Assembly: GCF_046128005.1 (NCBI RefSeq)
Contig: NW_027466835.1
Location: 4,814,430-4,878,429, forward strand
DNA length: 64,000 bases
Reading direction: 5' to 3'
DNA from: Genypterus blacodes
Lineage: Eukaryota
The notes beneath the pieces are model-generated. The model searched no databases. It had not been told where the DNA came from and was given only the letters and a program-made list of their open reading frames with translations. Positions 1 to 14,318 of the stretch are shown one piece after another (positions within the stretch are counted from its first letter, which is position 1; every line of letters starts with the position of its first letter). A program made the translations under genes and the position numbers.

Positions 1-1967
1 TACATATAGCTCTGTTAAAACAGCAAAAACGAAAGAAAGTAAGATCACTTATGTGACGTCATTTTGTGCCCAGTATAGTTGTACATTCGACTAATGAACA
101 AATGTATAAAGAATGATAACCATATACTTTCAACGCGTCAAGTTTTTGCCTTTTCTGGTTAAGAATGAGTTTTACACTTGGCGTTTTAAATACCATGGGA
201 GTGATTGATGATACAGGAACAGTGGAGATGTTTTCCAGATTAAACAGGATCATACTTTCAGCCATTGTGTCTCTGCATGAAAACTGGATCCTTTTGGAAC
301 AGGATAATTGGCAACTGTAATCAACTGCTGCAATTCACACATCTTCCAGTAGATGCCAGCTTTTAGCGAGATATTTTAACAATAGAGATATTTCCACACA
401 GTCCACACAAGCAGCGACACAAGAATGTTGTTCCACTCCTTCCATCTACGTTTACTTTGGTCTATGTGCTGATTCATTAAAAAAAACAAAACAGATTTAA
501 TGGGAGAGTAGAATGCTGGAATCAAGCCTCCGGTTAGTGGGTGGCGGTAATAAAGAGGAGTAGAAGACGTCCCGGAAGTGAGCTTTGGCTTCGCTGCTAA
601 CTTCACGTTGGTTTGAAATTCGGTGTCTCGCGCCCTTTCGCGAGTCACAAGTCTTGATGTTAGCGTAGCCTGGGAAACAGCACAATACCGAGTGACTGAT
701 GGACAACAAACAGAGATTGCTGTGGCTTTTGTGTGGACAACAGTTTCCGACTCTTGAGTAGAAATGTTCGAAGTCCAATTGTTGAGAGCCGGGTGCGGCT
801 GCCGAAGAGCTGCAAGAAAAGATTGGAGCTCTAGAAGGATGGGTCCAGTCACAGCAGGAGAACGACGAACTACGAACACGACCTGGAAGTCCGCTGACAG
901 AGAACAGGTTTGTTCACCTTTTCATATGTTATACAATGTTTAACTTTTTGAGACGTAAACACGACACTGAACATGATCGTTTACATGCAGTCACATTAGT
1001 GGCATAAGGAGACACGCGCGCCTCTAAGATAACATGAGGATAGCAGGAAGAAACATTGTTAACTCAGATCTGAGCTGGAGGAACACAACATGGCAGCGTT
1101 ATGTTTGCGTTTTTTCTATGTTTGACTTATGTACAAAACAACACAGCGTTCTTATTAGAGGACATACTGACTGAAGCTTTATTTAATGCTAAAAGGGAGT
1201 TTGTACGGGATATTTGTACTGAAAATCGCACATGCTCTAAACAGAGCAAACATTTGTGTGAATTGCTGAATGCTGAAGGACTTACCAGAACTTGTTAAGA
1301 TTGTTTTGTAGTGTATTACTTCAATGTTTTGCATTGGCAATAGAATATTTTGAAAATCAGAAATGTTAACATAACATTTTGAATGACAACCCTTTTTTAT
1401 AGACAATGACATGATGATTGTTACAGGCTACTTTTATTTTCAGTAATTTCCCTTGGGATAATAAACTTTCATTTTATCCTATCTTATAAGAAACTCAAAT
1501 ACCCTTATGGGCGTTAACGGCGAATGACTTACAATATAAAGTATTCATGTCTTTTTAATGGTACCCTTTCAGTACTGTATTGCAATGCTAAACTTGGTAT
1601 TTGTATCAAAGTAAAATGTTTGATATCTTGACAATCCGAGTATACAGCACCATATTAAACTAATACCATGACCCTTTACCCTTAATCCCGTACTGAATCG
1701 GGACCTCTCAACTATTCTGCCCCTAAATGCTTGGGCAAATAAAACCTCATATCTTTTCCATTGTGTATTTTTGTGTTAAAGCGTTGTCTTCAGACATCCA
1801 ACATCTGTTTGTGCAGCAAATTTGGAGCCCCAGTCTGGACCTGGAGCAGCCCCCATATAAAAGAGGAACAGGGGGCACTCTGGATTAGTCAGGAGGGAGA
1901 GCAGCTTCATGGTATGAAGGAGTAAGATGATGAAAAAAGATGGAAAAAAAACCTCACCACAAATGGA

Positions 1968-2166
1968 TATCTGAAGATCCACTTGAGAAGCCACATAGGA
2001 GAGAAGCCATTTAATTGCTCAGTTTGTGGCAATAAAAACTTCATTCGACCTGGAGTCCTGAAGATCCACATGTGAATCCACCCAGAGGAGAAGCCGTATA
2101 GTTGCTCAGTTTGTGGTGAAAACTATACTCAAACTGGAAGCCTGAAGCAACTGATGGAAATCCACT
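1968..2166 (+). pseudogene. C2H2 zinc-finger gene fragment or pseudogene (about 2.5 fingers with an in-frame stop)
   Basis: The translation ..[64 protein letters not shown] shows H-x3-H TGEKPY/F-C-x2-C linkers. A TGA at 2072-2074 sits where an Arg (CGA) is expected. The zinc-finger array breaks off after 2166. Confidence 0.6.
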
Positions 2167-5100
2167 CTGTCGATATATTTGAAGCTTTCCTGTTGTGCGC
2201 CTCACATTGCACAAAAAATCCCTTTTCCCGTCACATGAAGCATCCTCACTCTGCTCTGACTATCCGATGACTATCTTAAAGACCACGTAATCCTAGTATG
2301 GTCACAAACTCCATCTTTAAGTATGTCGGTATATGAATAGCCTGGATTGTCACTGTGACCTGACCTGAGGGATCTTCATCATATCTTAACAGTGTACCAT
2401 TCATTTGTCTAAACAACGTATGATTCATCTATCTTAACAATGTGTCCTTACATATTATTTACGCTATCAATGCATAAATATGCTGGGCCGCTCTCTGCTC
2501 ATTCTGAGAAACACTTCCTGTTCTAGGAAGCACGATTAAAGGGTTTGTCAGCTATGTTGAGGCTGATGTCGATTTTTCAATGTCATGAAGCTGACTAACT
2601 TCTGATCGCACTCTGTTGCCATGGTAACTTCTGCTTCCTGACAATTCTGGTCCAGAGCAGAATATTTTGGAGCTTAGTCTGACTGAAATTGAAAGCGCTG
2701 CCTCTTGACCATTCACCTCGTTTGTAAAATAGCATCACCGTTCCTGCAGGATTCCCTTCTCAAATCTTTAGGGAGTTTCATCACTCTAGGATATTTTCCA
2801 ATGCTACAGATGATACTCGTATAGTTAATAGCACAAGTACTTGAACTAGATATCACATAAGCAATGCATGCTCAGCATGTTAACTTTGCTTAAGTGTTCA
2901 CAAAAGAGACAGTACCCACTGTGTGAGAGACACAGTGGTTTAGGCATGATGTCTGTGACAGGCAAATGTGATGGGAGATACTTGGTCAGCAAGGATGGGT
3001 ATTGTTACAGGGACCTAAGCAAAATCAATATCTTGCACATGCATTAGTTATGTGACATCTGCCTCTAGTACTTTTCCATTAACGGTATAAGTACACACGG
3101 GACATGGGACTGGACCTAGGTGAATGCGGGGTCTTGGATGCTACGCAGGGCTTGTTGGGAAGCGACAGTCACTACCTGATAATGACCCAGAAACCTGTTT
3201 CAAAGCATGCATGTGCAAAATGGAATCCCCATCCTGTCTCTCTGCGTTTCAATCTTCTGCAGCATCTCATTTCCACCACGCATTGGCAAACTGGCATTTT
3301 TCTCACGCTGTACAGAGAGACATTGTTAATAATAATAGCTATTATTAATGCGTACATTGATGATGATATTATAATATAGAGATTAATATTGAATCTGGCC
3401 ATGATATATTCTGATTCATCAGAATTCATATATTTTGTTGGGTGATGTCGATAATAATATTAGATATTAGAGTTATTGTTCTGGCTATTATTGAAAAAAT
3501 AAATTCAAAATTTAAGTATTCTCAATGAATGGCTATATACTGATAATGCCAATGTATAATAATAATCATAATAATAACAATAAATCTAGACATAGTAAAC
3601 GTGTTTCTTTTCACAAGGACTTGGTTATAATAAAAGGAATGTCTTGAATCAGTTCAATTATACCATGATGTATTTTATTAACGAGAAACAATCATTACAA
3701 TAAAGGACGAAACACGACATCAAGAACATTAGGGAAACACAAAAGAATTAAACCTGAGTACACTCTATATTGTATAATATGTGCAGCAATAACTCCATAC
3801 TCTAATACACTCCACGGCTACTACAAAATCTAGTCCACTAGGAATACGCATTTTGACGAATCAGAATAATATATTACGGCTGCATTTATTATGGAATTAG
3901 TATCATAATCAATAGCGCCGCAATAACTCCGTATTATTATTGATCTCATGTCTTTTAAACATAGTTAATGGAGACACGCTCCCATAACTTTATCAACTTG
4001 TGAAGTTATAACTAACCATATTAAATATAAACCATAAAGATAATGGCGAATTTTGAAACGTTGAAAGTCTGGACGCGGACGCAAGTTTGCACATGCGTGG
4101 TTCAAATCAAATACTGTCGCAGATTGAAACGTTGACATACAGGATGCGGACACCATTTTGCGCAAGTGTGGTCAGAATCGGGTTTCCGGGTCCAAATCGG
4201 GTAGTGACAGAGGGTAAATAACAAAAAACAACCCAACCACAACTTCTCTAGATGACTAGACTAGGACATGTGCTGAAAACATCCCGCTTTCTTCACCACT
4301 GACTAAAATGTCACATCAAATAAAACTGCACAGGTTTTGTTGTGATTACAGGAGGATGTTTGTGTTTAAGTGATGAATCATTGATGAATTTAATGTTGAG
4401 TTACAACCAGCTTAAGCAAATTAGTTAATCAGACCCAGCTGTTTTCTCAGGCTTTGGATTCATCCGTGTGTGTTGGCAGATCATTAGAAAGCTGTTGAAG
4501 GTATTGAGAAATGTGTTTTCAATGTGACCTGAGGGGGGCGCTAGAGGATTGCTCACAGTGCATATCATCTACAGAAATAGGTTTTCTAGAGAGCTTTGCA
4601 TATGCCCATATATTTAACCTTCACGGCAAGCTGGCTGTTTCACGTTGGCTCCAGTTTGTGAAAACAACTGTGCAAAGTCTTAAAGGAAACTTCAAGGTTT
4701 ACATCATGTTGGTGCTCATGATTGAAGTTGAAGAATAATCTTTGGGAGTGATTTGTGCTTTTGTAATCCTGCTCACCAAGACTGATAAATGCATTCATTG
4801 TGGAAAATCTGGGGAGTTTCTAGTGGCAAATTTGCCATGAGAAGAAACCTCAGGGATGGCACAGTGATTTGGATTCATCCTCTGGGAACCCGTAAATACC
4901 TGCACCAGATTCCACTGCAGGCTGTGCCAGTCGTTGTCAGGATTCTGTGTTTTGCTGTGGATAAAAGTGGTGGACAGACAGGAGAATAGGCTACACAGAT
5001 AGACCTAATGAAAGACATCATCATGAAGGTCAGGCGGTTTGCATCTCTCGTTAACATTTATACCCTTGAATACAAAAGAACAAAGCAGCCCGTAAAGTCT

Positions 5101-8100
5101 TGTAGTTTGCCTGCGAAGAGGTCAAACATAAATCCTTAAGAATTTAAAGCTCTAAACAAGTCACAACACATATCATTGTGTGTGTTGATGTCTAGATGAA
5201 GCTCAGCATATGATTCGATTTTAAGTGCAGGTCATGTGACATAACTATTCAGCTTGATATGGGACTCATGGTGTTTCAGAACACATAACGTTTTCATTCT
5301 TTTTCCAAAAGGTCAATCATACCTTATAATAAAGTGTTGCTGATATTTGCCCTGTTGTAGCCACATGTCAAACACATGCTGCAGGAAAGAAGCTGCTGCT
5401 GTGAGTAGCACATGTTTAACAGCCTGATGGCAAACTGACTCAAACCTCTCCCTTGTGTTGTTCGCTTCAAATGTCTGAGGTGCTTTTGTTCAGCATGACT
5501 GAGCTGCTGAGGTCACAGAGTCGAGTATTTCATCACCAGAGGAAACTTAAGAACTAGAAATGTGCATCCTGTTCAGAGAAACGCGAGAGTGAAAGCAGGG
5601 TAAGACGGATGATTGAGTAATGTTGAAAGGATGAGTTGTTACTGTCACAGGGGAGGAGTCTTGTTACTTTAAAGAGTGATCCTGACGTACGATAGTATTA
5701 TTTCCTTCCATTGATGTGTGGATAATATTTATTAATACACTGGATTGAATGAAATTGGATTTGGGAGCAGCCAGCCACTGTGACTAAAGCATGACTGTTC
5801 TCTGGTCTCGTGTTCGATTTGTTCTGCTGTGTTGTTGCTTAACAGTACAAGTGCAGTTTATATATTGTTTTCCTATTGAATATAATCATCAGGTACCACT
5901 TCATAGTCTTCATGTCATGTTTGGACAGTTGTTTCACATGTTTCACAGTCAGTTTCTCAACTCATGAGAACAATTCACTCTGACTCTTCTCTGCTCCAAC
6001 CACATCCTTCCTCAATTGTCAGCCTTACTAGCACAAGAGTAATTTCTGAAAGTACGTTAAGTGTTGTTTGTCGACCGTCGTTTGGCGGTTACAGTCAAAA
6101 CAAAACAAAGGTGACGAAACACCAGCAGCAGTGAAAGAGTCGACTAAAGGGTGTAGCAGATCATACCTTGTTTTATTAAACATATAAATACAAATTTCAA
6201 CAGAGGAAATTAACACAAAGTACTTGAGAAAAAGTCTCTATAAAAGAGCCATGGATTAGAACAGAATGAATCTCTGAGGGTCCATGAGAAAGTTTACCGT
6301 CATCCAAGTGATTTGCATGTTGATAAGTTGATAAACATTTTTAGTACATGGGAGGTAAATTATCGAAATAAACATCTAGTAGTTGAACCTCTGGCTTGGT
6401 TGTGCGTTCCTACTGACACAATTAGGAGGCTGGCGGAGGGATGTAGTCTTTGTTCGGGGTGGGGGGGGGGATCCTCCTGCCTGGTAAGCCCTCCTCACAG
6501 GTGAAACAAGGTGGAGGCAAGGGAGGTGGGGGGCTGGGGCTGGGGCCGGGATGTGATGGCTGTGGCGAACACTACCCTGACTGGAAATTAGATCTGCTCC
6601 CTGTTCCGCATGAATTAACTTGACCACTGACTGCAGATCCACTCTGTGAAACCTGTGTGTTTGGTGTCATCCATGCACAGACTACAGCGGCGGCGAGCCC
6701 AATTCACACACGCGCAAAAGACAGCAGATGTATTTTCCAGTCTCCATTGTGGTCTTGTAACTGTAGCTACTTAAAAGAGCCAACTGAGGGCTGATGTCGA
6801 GGAAGGCATGGGCACAGGGAGCGAAGAACGTTTCCAAAGCAACATCCAGTTTGCAAATCTTTGGGGTGGTTAATTACACACAGCAGATGTAGTTTACTAG
6901 AAAGTTAAACTGCGAGGAGGCTGAACAAACTCTTAATTCCAAATTCCAAATCTGTGCCAAGGAAACTGAGGTGGGCTCAGACCGCAATCACCCGCCAACT
7001 CTACTGCCTGTATTTCCATATTTCCACAACAGAGCTAAGCCAGTAATCCCACCCAACGTTGCTCAGTAGACACAAGACAAAGGGGCAACACAATAACCTC
7101 CTTTAACATACAGAACCAATCTTTCTACTAAAACTAATTAGTCAGGAAGGAAGAAGAAGTCGTAGGCTCCACAATTTCCTTTTCAACAATGAGCTCACAC
7201 AAACACGGACTGGGGTTGATTTTACGGAAGAATCCCCGCTGACCTCCCTTCTTCGCCTCGTCACCCATTTCCCCAGACGACATCTGGCAGCTGCTAAGCA
7301 AAGGGACATAAACGTCTCAGTCAAAAGACATCCCGAAGTCAGCTAAGACTTGTCTGCAGGATCCCCATCAGGCCCTTTAGACCTCAAACACTCTCCTGCT
7401 GTTGGAGAACTTCATATCTGTCTTCTAAAATCTCCCTGCCGTGACTATCAAACAAGACTGTATTACTTTGGTTACTTTATAATGTAAACCTCTCGCATCT
7501 TGGATCAACAGAACCCTCTAAGTAACATCAGAGAGAAACCAACCACCCCAAAGACCGACTAACTGGGCATTTGTGCATGAAAACAACCAAACCACAGGAA
7601 TAATGAAGAATGAAACATGGAGGAAATAGTTGATTGTCTGCGTGAAGTAGTGAAGAACACAACCTTTCTTATGGCGGAAAGCATATTTTGCTCCATTGCT
7701 CCCTGATGTCAACGACAGTTCCCTCCTCTTTCTGTTGCTGTGATGGTAATGGGACTATTTGTTTTGCGAGTAACAGTTAACATTGCGACTAAACTACCGC
7801 CGATTCTTTTGAATGTTGTGACATACACGGGATCTCGTACGTGGACGTCTCGTAAGACACCTGTCCCTGGTTGAGAGGCGTCCACGTCCCCGTCCCCGAG
7901 AGCATCACACTGTACAGTATATGTCCTTGTGTAAACCTGTTCTGAACAATCACTGGTACTGTATGCATGACATTTCAAGCATCTGAAGACACAGATTTCT
8001 ACTCGTCCGTCAAGCTGTGCTGTTAGTTCTCTTTCATTTGGCAGGAATACCCGTGAAGCACCAGCATTGGAACCCATTATAATCCTGTTCCTGTAGCACA

Positions 8101-8345
8101 GAATACATTCAAAGCGCATGTGGGGCCTCTCCCATTCAGACAGAGGTAGGACTGGTTGAGCTTCTGCAAGGTTGTGTGGAAAATCACTGAGTTGGCCTCT
8201 ACCTCCCTCCACAGACGGAGACAGGGTGGAGGTTTTGGCAGCTCGCCCCTTAACTATGTCAAAATATTCGAAAGCCAGATTAAGGTGTGCGTCTTTAGTG
8301 AGTTTGTGAGTTCTACGCTGTCGTAATTTTCTTTTGGCTGAGGCT

Positions 8346-8351
8346 TTATTT
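8346..8351 (-). terminator. ubald2: candidate ubald2 polyadenylation signal (AATAAA on the minus strand)
   Basis: Plus-strand tttatt at 8346-8351, about 1.17 kb downstream of the stop codon. Confidence 0.35.
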
Positions 8352-9517
8352 ACAAGTGAATCAAACCCTTACAGAAAACCGTGTCGCATTATCAGCAAAA
8401 TAAGTTCTGGGCCTGCTCGGCCTTTGTTAAGGAGGTTGCAGGCTGCCGTTGCCACGACAACAATCAGGAAAACAAAATGAAAAAAAGTCCTTACTGAATT
8501 GCGGAGCGTTCGTGTTACACCCGCTCCAAAGTCTCCGCTGTGACAGTCAGGGGTGAAATTAGAGATTTCAAACAAAACAAAAACTAATCTTAATAAAATG
8601 ATCAAATTATTGCAAGCGTTGCCGTTCTGCTACCAAACTGAAGCCGCTGATCGCGCCTATTTATCCGTCTGTATTCGTCCATGTGTTTTCTTTTTCGACG
8701 CGTTCACCAATCTAAAATTAGTGTCCGCACATGTCGCCCTGCCTCTGGGCTGCGAGGGCACGCCGGCGGCTGAGTTGAGTTTCACTGCGCTTAGCGTTTT
8801 CATGGCTACGAATGAAACTCAACCCTGGAGCCACGGCATGAACACATCACCGATAATCCACTCCACACTCTACACATCCTCCATACCACAAAAATATGTC
8901 GACAGGTTTTTACATCATCTCATCCGAAGACAACAAAAGTCAGAATCTGAGCTGCAGTCTCCTCCTTTTGTCGTCTGCTGGTTATTGCCAACTTCCTGCC
9001 TGAACGTTTCTGAAACCTAATAGGAAAGAGTTTCTTTAAAAAAAACAAAAACGGATCACAAAGCACTTCAACAGATCACATGGCTCCTATCCTATAAGTG
9101 CTCTGTTGGGTCCTGGGATCGCTTGCATCGGTGACAAAAAACAGTTTCTGCATTTCCACCCCAGAAGCCCAGTGTGGGCTCAGAGACTTCAGCCTTGTAG
9201 GTTTCGACGCCATCTTACTGTCTCCTCAGTGTCCGCGGGCCCGTCCAGGTCCTTCCGAGGATTGGATGTCTTTTGATGAAGATGGAGAGGGAAAGTGTCT
9301 CCAGCAAAGTCAAACAATGCGTCTTCAGTTTAGAGAAACAACATAAAACAGCAGTATCCTGCCTTTTCCCACGTTGCCTTTTAGACCCTCTTCCTCTCAA
9401 TCTACCCTCCAACCCCACCGCCCTCCCTCCCACCCTAATCCCAAAACATTTGGCTACACTTGGCGCCGGCCACCCAAACCTCCCACCCTGTCCCCCCCCC
9501 CAGCCCAGCGTACAGTC

Positions 9518-9895
<378 letters not shown>

Positions 9896-10397
9896 TCAAC
9901 AAAGACTGTAAAGATCTTGCAAGTAGCTGTGAAAAGGTGATAAGTGTATTTTTATCTTTAGCTGCTATAGGAGCCAAGACTGGAATGCTCGTAAAAATGA
10001 TTTAAAACACACATGTGAGGGCCGCGGGTTCACAACTCGGCCAACGCTCTCCTGGGGGGGCGACCATTCAGACCGCCTCTTTAAAAACACAGCGATCCTT
10101 CAGTCTGAAAGCCACAAGCAACCCACGGAACGGCTGCATCCAACTCTGTGACAACTGCGAAATGTCAAACGTCTTCAATGACAACATCAATTAAAATGTC
10201 ATCTGAAATCTAGTGCGGCGTTGTCAGCCAACAGCACAGAGACGCAAACAAACACAAGGGGATCAGGTAGCCGCCGTAAATAGAGGAGGGGACCTCTCAG
10301 CTGTGCATCAGGGGGCAAAGGGAGGCCGGCTTTATTTAGCACACACTTGTGTCGTGTGGGCTTTTGCAAGTGAAAAAATGTAAACACTCCAAGGCAT

Positions 10398-10530
<133 letters not shown>

Positions 10531-12967
10531 AATACAGAGAACATTGGTGTATGCTGGTGGAGGTTGACATATTTACATGCACTTTAAAACTTTGCATTAG
10601 CAGCCAGACTGGTGCCATTATGGTTAGATCTTTACATGAATCGTTGCCAAACATGCAACGCTTCTGGCCTTCAATTGCTCCGACCGTCAACCTTAGCCCC
10701 TTTACCCTCTGCCACATTGTTTGATCCAACCACCACCAACAACACTGGGCTGGAGTCGGGGATCAAACCCCCAAAAGAAATCTATTACAGTCGATTAACG
10801 GGGACAGTTGACGCACATTTTGTTTTCCGTTTAAAAACCTCTGGAGACGCACGTAGATGAGGAGCGGCTCCTCCTGGAAGTCGGGAGCGGCGGTGACATG
10901 TGAACAGGTTGAAACAGTAACAGACCTGAGGCGAGCTGCTCTGTGTTTACATGCAGTCAGACAGCTCGCAGCGCAAGAAGAAGACAAGTCTGGGCTGGAG
11001 TAACAAACACACACACACCTAACTACAGGTAAAGCCTTCCCATGGACCGCCAATGTAGTATTGATCAAGTCGAGAAGTCGGCACCGTATTGATTCTAGCT
11101 GAAGGGGCGATCTGATCCTGTTTTTTACCAAAGCCAATACATCAGCCTAACATGACATGAGACAGATAGTGCTGTACCCATAATGCATCGCGGCTAACAC
11201 CAGGTGAGGTGTGTTGACGGAACGTAAACACTGGCAGGCCTGTTTGTTGTGATAATATGACCGCAGGCTGTTTCTCCTGCGCTGCACTGGAGGCGCTGTG
11301 TAGTAAACATGAACATCTCTCGTGATTTCATGTTACAACTGCCGCAGAGACGTGATCCATGGCAATGTCGCTTGACTGGTTCTCGCTACGCTTCACCTTT
11401 ATCACAATGATAACCTTGGATGCCATCTCGCCTCGTTTAGGAATACGAATCAGTTGAGGCTCCGTCATGGCCTGGGAAGCCATTTTTTTTATCTCATCTA
11501 AATACTTTTCCTGAGCTGAGAGAGGCGGTTACTCTTCGTGTTCTGCTCATTGTTGCTGCAACTTCGACTTATTTCTGTTGCACACCCAAGATTTCCCAAC
11601 ATGGCTTCCCTGATGGCCTCTGGGGTCCAGGGGTGAGGGTCTGTTGGGCAACGCTGGAAATGGAAATAGAATTCTGACAGCTGAGGACCATGGAGGCAAC
11701 TGAGCCGCCCTCTGCTTCCGTCTCTTTCCCTCCCTCTCTCTCCCGCCTTCTTCCACGTCTCCTCCGGTGCGGTGACGTAATGCCACTACACCCAAAATAA
11801 TAACAAACCCCAGCCTTCGCCTCTCACACGCTTGCCTCGCTCTTGAGTGACAGCATGCGCTCCTCCCACTGCGATGAGAGAGACGCACACAGGCGCACAG
11901 CAAATGGACAGCGGAGGCGGAGAGGGAGGGGGAGGGGGTTGGAAACGAGAGACAGAAAGAAAACAAAGCAGTGCTGCAGATGTTTCTGGGCCAAAGTGGC
12001 AGAGTGCACGCTGTTCCTGCATGATCAGGATAAGACTATTCCCAGGCTGCAGCTGTGCGGGAAAGTGCAGCGTAGCTGGACAATTCAGCCAATGTCATAA
12101 CACACACGTATCCCGAGCGTGAGGAAACAGTAGCGCATAAGCCGCACCGGGGCCAAGGACACACAACTACAGCGTGCCTTTGTTCTCATGTGCAGAAATT
12201 TTGGTCCGACAAGCCAGCAGCTCCGCACACTGCAGATTCATGTGGACGCAGGCAGAGAACGGTTATGTATCGCATACCAACCAGTCTTAATCCTCTATTC
12301 GTGTAAACCAATGATTATTGTGTTGCCATCTCAATACACTGCTGTTCTTACCTGCACACGCCCTGGCCTGCGTCACAGTCTGCTGCCTGGAGCACAACGT
12401 ACAGCACTCTGCATGTTACTGTCGTCACACTCAGTGATCATAGCTATCATATCTCACTTCACAGGCTGAATGGGAACGTGTATCCTCAGTTTGTTTATGT
12501 GCACATTAAGAATTTGATGACACACTGGCTAAGGCAATAAATACAGTTTTTCATGTAAACACCATAACGCCACTAACTTAATCTGACGTACTTATTCTGG
12601 TTAATAGACATTACGTGACATGAAATTGATTTATTCAGGCGAGTAAATGTCAGAGTGTGACACGTCCGCATGCATTTACTCAGTGGACACACACACATTC
12701 TTTGTGTCCTGATTACGCAACGTGTAATGCATGTTTGGCAGTATCCTATTCATTAAGCCCCTCCCACATATGCTGCAATACGGACAGTTGATGCCACTGC
12801 TGGGTTGACGTAAACATTGTATTAATGGCACCTCAGGGACCCCGTGCGGAGCAGCGTTCAGTGCTTCCACATGGCAAAACCTTTAAGAGCCCATCTACGC
12901 CGAAGATGTGACACGATCTGTATCCACATACATTATCCAGATAAGGAAACGCAACACCTGCTTCTGT

Positions 12968-13023
12968 GTTTCACTGTTCTCTGGTGATCAGAAACTAAAG
13001 TGATCACCAGAGAACAGTGAAAC
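12968..13023. repeat. perfect inverted repeat (23-bp arms, 10-nt spacer) forming a hairpin
   Basis: GTTTCACTGTTCTCTGGTGATCA-gaaactaaag-TGATCACCAGAGAACAGTGAAAC. The arms are exact reverse complements. It lies in ubald2 intron 2. Confidence 0.85.
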
Positions 13024-14259
13024 TAATGTGTTTCTGTTTGTAGTAGTTACTTGACATTGAGTTTGTAACGGTCCATGTTTAGTCATTTCTGCACCGCTGC
13101 AAACGTTGTGTTGCTTCGTTTTGTATTTTCTGTTGACTTAAACAGGGATGAATGAGCAAGCGGAATGCCAAACTATGTTCTTACGGTCTCCCAAACTCGG
13201 GACACACGGAGACTCATGACCTAAGTGAGAGAGAGGTGGAGAGACGAAGAGCGATGATTGTGTGCAGGGCTTGGGTGTTTGTGTAATTGAGATTTGATTC
13301 AGATTAGAAGTTTTAGTTATGTGTTACTCAAATTGCGCTACATTTCACTGCAAGATGATTTCATGTTGGGCTGCTAACCTTGAGGCTGCAGTCATTCCTT
13401 CTGAAAGTGACTTGAAGATCACATTGCCTCATTTATTTTTGTTGTTGGATTGCTAATTTACTGAATAAGCATTAGGTTGAATTGTAAAACGGGGACCGGG
13501 TTGTGGAATAATGCAGTGCATACTTTGTTTAGTTACATTTGTTTGTTTTCAAGAGAAGATGATTAGTACATATTGAAATATGAATGAGACATGTTTGATT
13601 ATTATTTTAAGGGAATTAAAATTCTACATTAATTGCGTAATAAAAAGTAATCTGTAGATTAGTCGGCTAAAATTACAAAAATAATCTGTAGATTAATCGT
13701 TAAAAAATCATTAGCCTACACTCCAACACTTAAGATGTATAATTATTATAATTAATATCATTACTCCCACTGCCTAGGACTTCAAATGGCAAGCTAACAT
13801 TTAACTCTGACATATGACAAAAGTGAAACATTTCAAAATGAAATTACCGTCTTTTCCCTACTTTTATTTAATCTGTGTATTTATCTGTCATCGTTGTTTT
13901 GGGATAAACATTGAGTTGAATTAGCCAAAGAGCAGTGCAGTGAGGACCAGGTTAGACTGTGAAATCATCCCAGGTTTTCAGATTTTTGGTGGTTTAGTCT
14001 TTGAGACGTCTGCCCTTTGAAAAGCAACTGATTCCGACGCTCTTGCTAAACATTAGCTCAGCTGGTATTCCTGGAAAAAATGGACGGTGGAAGCGCTTTG
14101 ACTTTTGGGAATTCTGCTGGTGTCTAAAGTCCAGCTGCGAGCTTGCACAGTCAGGTCCCGCCGGTCAACGGGTGCATCCATCTCACGTGCCTACGTCTCA
14201 TTTTTGTTAACTCTTTTCTTTTTTGTGTGTGTTTTTGAGGAGAACCAAGCACCACTTAC

Positions 14260-14316
14260 CATCTGGTGGTGGTGACTGGGGATGTTGGCCTCCTGGAAAA
14301 AGGTGCTTAAGGCCGT
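14260..14316 (-). CDS. ubald2: ubald2 coding exon 2 (57 nt)
   Basis: Minus-strand translation gives TALSTFFQEANIPSHHHQM, which matches the UBALD motif ETALSTFFQETNIP.SHHHHQM. The acceptor AG sits at the end of a (CT)n tract (plus-strand (GA)n at 14319-14350). The donor is GTAAGT (plus-strand acttac at 14254-14259). Confidence 0.8.
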
Positions 14317-14317
14317 C

Positions 14318-14318
<1 letters not shown>

